Shown piece by piece: positions 59,585-64,000 of a stretch of 64,000 bases of DNA (position 1 is its first letter; the number at the start of each line of letters is the position of its first letter). Origin of the DNA: an uncultured Eubacteriales bacterium. Lineage in GTDB: Bacteria > Bacillota > Clostridia > Oscillospirales > Acutalibacteraceae. The position numbers and the translations under genes are program-made. The notes beneath the pieces were generated by a model, which had not been told where the DNA came from, did not search any database, and saw only the letters and a program-made list of their open reading frames with translations. The stretch covers positions 98,418 to 162,417 of the forward strand of contig CAKVAX010000003.1 of NCBI GenBank assembly GCA_934725425.1, written 5' to 3'.

Positions 59585-59722
59585 CTATTTTTCACATTTT
59601 TGGTTGCTTACGGTGTTGTCAACTTTCGAAGCTGTTTGGCAAGATGCTTGACATTCGCCGCATCCACCTGTTAAAGCGCTTTTTTTGAGGTCTGCTTTAT
59701 TGATTGTTTTTACGTGTTTCAT
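59585..59722 (-). CDS. scfA: SCIFF-family ranthipeptide precursor, 45 aa, only four Cys
   Basis: Not in the ORF track (<60 aa); translated by hand codon by codon. The product is MKHVKTINKADLKKSALTGGCGECQASCQTASKVDNTVSNQKCEK. SD aggag lies 8 nt upstream of the ATG. The MKH.KT.N...L...GGCGECQ.SCQ pattern is unmistakably SCIFF. Confidence 0.85.
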   Translation of the reverse strand: MKHVKTINKADLKKSALTGGCGECQASCQTASKVDNTVSNQKCEK

Positions 59723-59895
59723 TCGCGATTCTCCTAACTTAAAATTTATACATTTTATATATTACCACATTATTTGATTTTTTGAAATACCCCAAAGTAA
59801 TATATCTTCATTATTGCATATATATTTATTTATGTAAAGGAATGTGTGCAAGCATTAATTTTGAATGTTAAAAAGCTGAAATAGGAGTGAATAAA

Positions 59896-62565
59896 ATGAA
59901 TTGGCACAGCGTGAAGTTTAGCGAAGTCTTAAAAAAGTTGGACGTTTCACCCGAAAAAGGTTTATCAAGTTCCGAAGTTAAAAAAAGAAGACTTGTATAT
60001 GGTTATAATTCTTTAAAAGAAGAAAAACAGCGCTCGTTTTGGCAAAAACTTAAGGCGCAATTTTCTGATTTTATGGTTATAATATTGATTTTAGCAGCTG
60101 TTATTTCGCTTATAACGTCATTTTTGAGTTCGGAATCCGATTATATAGATACCATAATAATTTTAAGTATAGTTATAATAAACACCATAATAGGAATGCT
60201 CCAAGAAAGCAAAGCAGAAAAAGAAATAAATTCTCTTAAAAAATTAGCAACACCCTTAACCAAAGTTATCAGGGATTCTCGAGTCCAAAGAATATCCACA
60301 GAAGATTTGGTCCCCGGAGATATATTAACTCTTTCCACCGGAGATTTAGTGCCGGCTGACGCCCGAATAATAGAATCTTCCAATTTAGCGGCAGAAGAAT
60401 CAGCAATGACCGGTGAATCATTTGCGTCTCAAAAAAGTGAAGATAAAATATTTGAAGCAAACACTCCTCCCGCAGACCAAAAAAACATGCTTTTTTCAGG
60501 TTCGGTTATAGACCGAGGTAATGCAAAAGCAGTGGTAGTAAGGACGGGAATGAATACCGAAATCGGAAAAGTAACCCAGCTTATAAACATGGATGAAATT
60601 TCCGAAACGCCTCTCCAAAAAAGATTATCATCCACCGGAAAAATAACCGGAATATGTATAATTGTCATAAGTATAATAGTGTTTATTTTGGGCGCCATGC
60701 AAAATATTAATCTAATGGAAATGTTCATGATTTCAATCAGCTTGGCTGTGGCGGCTATTCCCGAAGGACTTCCTGCGGTTGTAACTATAGTCCTTGCCAA
60801 TGGCGTTAGAAGAATGGCTAAAAAGAATACTATTGTAAGAAAATTGCCTGCGATAGAAACGCTTGGCCACGCTACTGTTATTTGTTCTGATAAAACAGGG
60901 ACTCTTACGCTTAATAAAATGGTGGTTACAGAGATAAGAGATATCGAAAATCAATATAATTTGAACGATAAATTTTCTAAAAAATTATTTGAAATGGCAA
61001 TGCTTTGCAATAATTCATCCGTTACACGTAATCACGGAGACATTTCGGCTCACGGAGAACCCACCGAAAATGCGCTTCTTATGGCGGGAATAAAATGCGG
61101 GCTCAGTAAAAAAAATCTAAATCGAGAGTACCCGCGAATAAAAGAACTTCCGTTTGATTCCAAAAGAAAACTAATGTCTACGGTAAACCGAACCCCTGAC
61201 AATAAATATAAAATCATTACTAAGGGCGCTCCTGAATTTTTGATCAAAATTTGTAAGTATTATTTTACTGCTAACGGGGTTAAACTTTTAGATGACGATG
61301 CTATAAAGAAAATAAAATCCTCAATAAATCAAATGGCAAAAAAATCACTGAGAACAATCGCGGTGGCTTATAAGGAAGAATACGACCGCAACGAAAATCA
61401 AGAAGAAAAAGATTTAATATTTTACGGAATTGTCGGGATAATGGACCCGCCTCGTCCCGAAGCCGAAAGAGCAGTTTTGGAATGCAAAAACGCCGGAATA
61501 AAAACAGTTATGATTACGGGAGATTACGTCGAAACCGCAAAAGCTATTGCAACAAAGCTTCATATTTTTGATAAAAACTCTGTAGCTCTGACGGGTTCGG
61601 AAATTAACGAATTTTCAGATGAAGAATTAAGAGAGAAAGTAAAAAATTGTACAGTTTTTGCCAGAGTTTCTCCCGAACATAAAGTTCGGATAGTTAAAGC
61701 TTTTCAGGCGAACGGAGAAATAGTCGCTATGACCGGCGACGGAGTTAATGACGCCCCTGCTTTAAAGGTTGCCGATATAGGTTGCGCCATGGGAAAATCG
61801 GGAACTGACGCAGCTAAATCTGCTTCTGACATAATAATGGCGGATGATAATTTTGTTTCGGTCGTTGAAGCTGTTCGACAGGGTAGGGGAATGTACGATA
61901 ATATAAAAAAGACCATACATTTCTTACTATCCACTAACATAGGAGAAGTAGCAGTGGTTTTATTTGGATTTTTAATGAGAACTCCTCCGCCGCTGCTTGC
62001 GATACATCTTCTGTGGATTAATCTTGTGACTGATGCTTTTCCGGCTCTTGCTTTAGGCATGGATCCGATAGATAAAAATATAATGAAACGTCCGCCGATA
62101 GATTCCAAAAAGAGTTTGTTTTCGGGAGGATTAACTTATAATATAATAATCGAAGGTTGTTTTATCGCCGCAATGGGTATACTGTCTTTTAGTATAGGAA
62201 GAGCATTTTTTGACCCGGATCCTTACAATCCTGTTATAGGTCGTACGATGGCATTTGTTTCTTTGGGGCTAAGTCAGCTCATACAAACTTTCAATGTTCA
62301 GAGCAGAAAATCATTGCTTGTGACTGGAATATTAAGCAATTTCAAATTAATTTATTCGGTTGTATTTTGTATGATTTTGCAAATTATAGTGGTTACTATT
62401 CCTATGTTTAATGTGTTTTTCAAGACATCCCACCTAAATATTGTTGAATGGATAATAGTTTGGCTGTTAGCTTTATTCCCGCTAGTGGTTTCGGAGCTGG
62501 AAAAATACATCGCAAGAAATAAAAAGCAAATTTCGAAGTATAAAAATTTTTTCAAAAATGAATAA
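59896..62565 (+). CDS. P-type Ca2+-transporting ATPase (type IIA/IIB-like)
   Basis: Start moved to ATG 59896 (SD aggag). Motifs MTGES, DKTGTLT, TGDYVETA and GDGVNDAPAL, with 10 TM helices. Confidence 0.9.
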   Translation: MNWHSVKFSEVLKKLDVSPEKGLSSSEVKKRRLVYGYNSLKEEKQRSFWQKLKAQFSDFMVIILILAAVISLITSFLSSESDYIDTIIILSIVIINTIIGMLQESKAEKEINSLKKLATPLTKVIRDSRVQRISTEDLVPGDILTLSTGDLVPADARIIESSNLAAEESAMTGESFASQKSEDKIFEANTPPADQKNMLFSGSVIDRGNAKAVVVRTGMNTEIGKVTQLINMDEISETPLQKRLSSTGKITGICIIVISIIVFILGAMQNINLMEMFMISISLAVAAIPEGLPAVVTIVLANGVRRMAKKNTIVRKLPAIETLGHATVICSDKTGTLTLNKMVVTEIRDIENQYNLNDKFSKKLFEMAMLCNNSSVTRNHGDISAHGEPTENALLMAGIKCGLSKKNLNREYPRIKELPFDSKRKLMSTVNRTPDNKYKIITKGAPEFLIKICKYYFTANGVKLLDDDAIKKIKSSINQMAKKSLRTIAVAYKEEYDRNENQEEKDLIFYGIVGIMDPPRPEAERAVLECKNAGIKTVMITGDYVETAKAIATKLHIFDKNSVALTGSEINEFSDEELREKVKNCTVFARVSPEHKVRIVKAFQANGEIVAMTGDGVNDAPALKVADIGCAMGKSGTDAAKSASDIIMADDNFVSVVEAVRQGRGMYDNIKKTIHFLLSTNIGEVAVVLFGFLMRTPPPLLAIHLLWINLVTDAFPALALGMDPIDKNIMKRPPIDSKKSLFSGGLTYNIIIEGCFIAAMGILSFSIGRAFFDPDPYNPVIGRTMAFVSLGLSQLIQTFNVQSRKSLLVTGILSNFKLIYSVVFCMILQIIVVTIPMFNVFFKTSHLNIVEWIIVWLLALFPLVVSELEKYIARNKKQISKYKNFFKNE

Positions 62566-62633
62566 TTTAAAAATAAAAGGTAATAATTGTTTTTGTAAGT
62601 AAATTTAATTATTATCGAAGAAGGTGTAAAAAA

Positions 62634-62807
62634 ATGGACGAAATTCGTAATGAACCGGTTGAACACAGCGCTTCAAAAGAGGTCGCTAAAGAAAATTCCG
62701 AGCAAGAATATGAATATGTGAAGCCAAATTTATTGCAATCAAAAACTGTAGTGGAACCCTTACCACAGGAGCCACTTTCTCATCCTCACGATGATACTTT
62801 GAAATAA
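62634..62807 (+). CDS. hypothetical acidic 57-aa protein
   Basis: Not in the ORF track. The product is MDEIRNEPVEHSASKEVAKENSEQEYEYVKPNLLQSKTVVEPLPQEPLSHPHDDTLK. It has an SD-like gaaggtg and is followed directly by a strong terminator. Confidence 0.4.
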   Translation: MDEIRNEPVEHSASKEVAKENSEQEYEYVKPNLLQSKTVVEPLPQEPLSHPHDDTLK

Positions 62808-62812
62808 AATCA

Positions 62813-62846
62813 TAGCACCGGCTGACATTAGCCGGTGCTATTTTTT
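62813..62846. terminator. bidirectional terminator
   Basis: 10-bp GC-rich stem tagcaccggc (62813-62822) / gccggtgcta (62831-62840) followed by T6. It overlaps the stop of the minus-strand U32 gene. Confidence 0.8.
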
Positions 62847-64000
62847 AATTTGCTGAATTTTTTCTTATGTATGCTCCGACTTTAACCTCTCTGTCAAGAG
62901 GAATAAAAAGTTTTTGCATAGGGTGGGGAGCTGAGGTTATTTTATTTCCAAACTCGTCTGTAATATTTTCTGCTTTGAATTTAAATGGCTCAGATCCGGG
63001 TTCCAAAACTTCGAGCTCATCTCCATCAAAAAACCTGTTTCTTTGAGAAATTTGCAGTATTCCGTTTTGATAATTGTCACATACCGCGACTACATCGCAA
63101 TTTTTTTCATATCCTCCGCTTTCGTATACTTCTTCCGGCTCATTTCCGAAATAAAATCCCGTGCAGTATTTGCGGTGGCTCACTTTGTATACTTCTTCTT
63201 GTATCCACGGCTTTAGTTTGAAGTTGTCTTTTTCTTTATAGTAATCGTTCAAAGCATTTTTATATGCATTTGTTGTAACCGCAACATAGTAAGCCGACTT
63301 AGCTCGTCCTTCTATTTTTAAGCTTGTAATTCCTGCCTTTAAAAGTTCCGGAATATGATTAATCATGCACAAATCTTTTGAATTGAAAAAATAAGTTCCT
63401 TTTTCATCTTCTATTACCGGGAAATACTCTCCTTTTCTTTTTTCTTCTGTCAGATTATACTTCCAGCGGCAAGGCTGAGCGCAATTTCCACGGTTTGCAT
63501 CTCTTCCTGTTAAATAACTCGATATCAAGCATCTTCCTGAGAAAGAAACGCACATTGCTCCGTGCACAAATGTTTCAATTTCTAATTCCGGGTTGGTTTT
63601 TGCACGTATAGTCGTTATTTCTTCTAGCGAGAGTTCACGCGCAAGAACTACTCTTTTAGCTCCCATATCATATAAAGCCCTTGCTGTTGCGTAGTTCACA
63701 ACACCTGTTTGAGTTGATATATGTATGTCCACATTTGGTGCGACTTTTTTAGCAATTTCCAAAACTCCCAAATCACATATTATGAATGCATCTATTCCTA
63801 TCGATGCCGCAAAAGATAGAAAATCGGGTAATTTATCTATTTCATGGTTCCTAGGTAACGTGTTGCACGTCAAATAAACTTTAATATTTTGTTTGTGGCA
63901 TATTTCTACGGCCTTTTTTAAATCTTCTTCTCCGAAATTATTTGGCGAAGTTCTCATGCCAAATTCTTTTCCTGCCAAATAAACAGCATCTGCGCCGTAG
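62845..64000 (-). CDS. peptidase U32 family protein (5' end outside window)
   Basis: The frame is open to the window edge (…YGADAVYLAGKEFGMRTSPNNF…). U32 pattern: KVYLTCNTL, E.FVHGAMCVSFSGRCL.S and CAQPCRW. Confidence 0.85.
   Translation of the reverse strand, partial: YGADAVYLAGKEFGMRTSPNNFGEEDLKKAVEICHKQNIKVYLTCNTLPRNHEIDKLPDFLSFAASIGIDAFIICDLGVLEIAKKVAPNVDIHISTQTGVVNYATARALYDMGAKRVVLARELSLEEITTIRAKTNPELEIETFVHGAMCVSFSGRCLISSYLTGRDANRGNCAQPCRWKYNLTEEKRKGEYFPVIEDEKGTYFFNSKDLCMINHIPELLKAGITSLKIEGRAKSAYYVAVTTNAYKNALNDYYKEKDNFKLKPWIQEEVYKVSHRKYCTGFYFGNEPEEVYESGGYEKNCDVVAVCDNYQNGILQISQRNRFFDGDELEVLEPGSEPFKFKAENITDEFGNKITSAPHPMQKLFIPLDREVKVGAYIRKNSAN

Overview
AT-rich (about one-third G+C by eye, not computed), densely packed core chromosome of a spore-forming Firmicute. 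It is most likely class Clostridia, given SpoIVA, a SipL-like protein, SCIFF/ScfB, class III RNR and AdhE. About 60 protein genes are supported, nearly all housekeeping. On the plus strand: topA(3' end)-trmFO, plsX-rnc-ftsY-yqeK-rsfS-leuS, adhE, CIRCE-hrcA-grpE-dnaK-dnaJ, DUF1292, cvpA, a pgsA-like gene, a clpE-like gene, nrdR, a tepA-like gene, uppP, ftsK, a ComEC-type MBL gene with DUF3006, a kimA-like gene, an amino-acid ABC transporter, tsaE-tsaB-rpiB-upp, a capD-like gene, rnj, gdpP-rplI and a Ca-ATPase. On the minus strand: ruvX, rnhA, nifS-nifU, grx-nrdD-nrdG-glyQS, znuACB-rodA-flavoprotein-PASTA pseudokinase, comEA, pda-sipL-spoIVA, scfA-scfB and a U32 peptidase (partial). I recognised no rRNA, tRNA, CRISPR, IS/transposase or prophage genes. 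The observations most worth a second look are these. (1) Three unlinked, monocistronic minus-strand genes encode double-glycine (PCAT-type) leader peptides. Two carry Nif11-like long leaders, and no exporter, immunity or modification genes lie nearby. (2) A SCIFF (ranthipeptide) precursor missed by the ORF track has only 4 of the 6 hallmark cysteines. It sits next to its radical-SAM maturase and next to one of the GG-leader genes. (3) A Zn-ribbon/TM/PASTA protein has a kinase domain that has lost all three catalytic motifs. (4) A GC-rich rod-like structured RNA of about 185 nt is a candidate 6S RNA. (5) A strongly promoted small gene is split by a frame change inside an imperfect 41-bp-period duplication. 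(6) hrcA seems to need a CTG start. All functional calls rest on motif recognition by eye; no database search was run.
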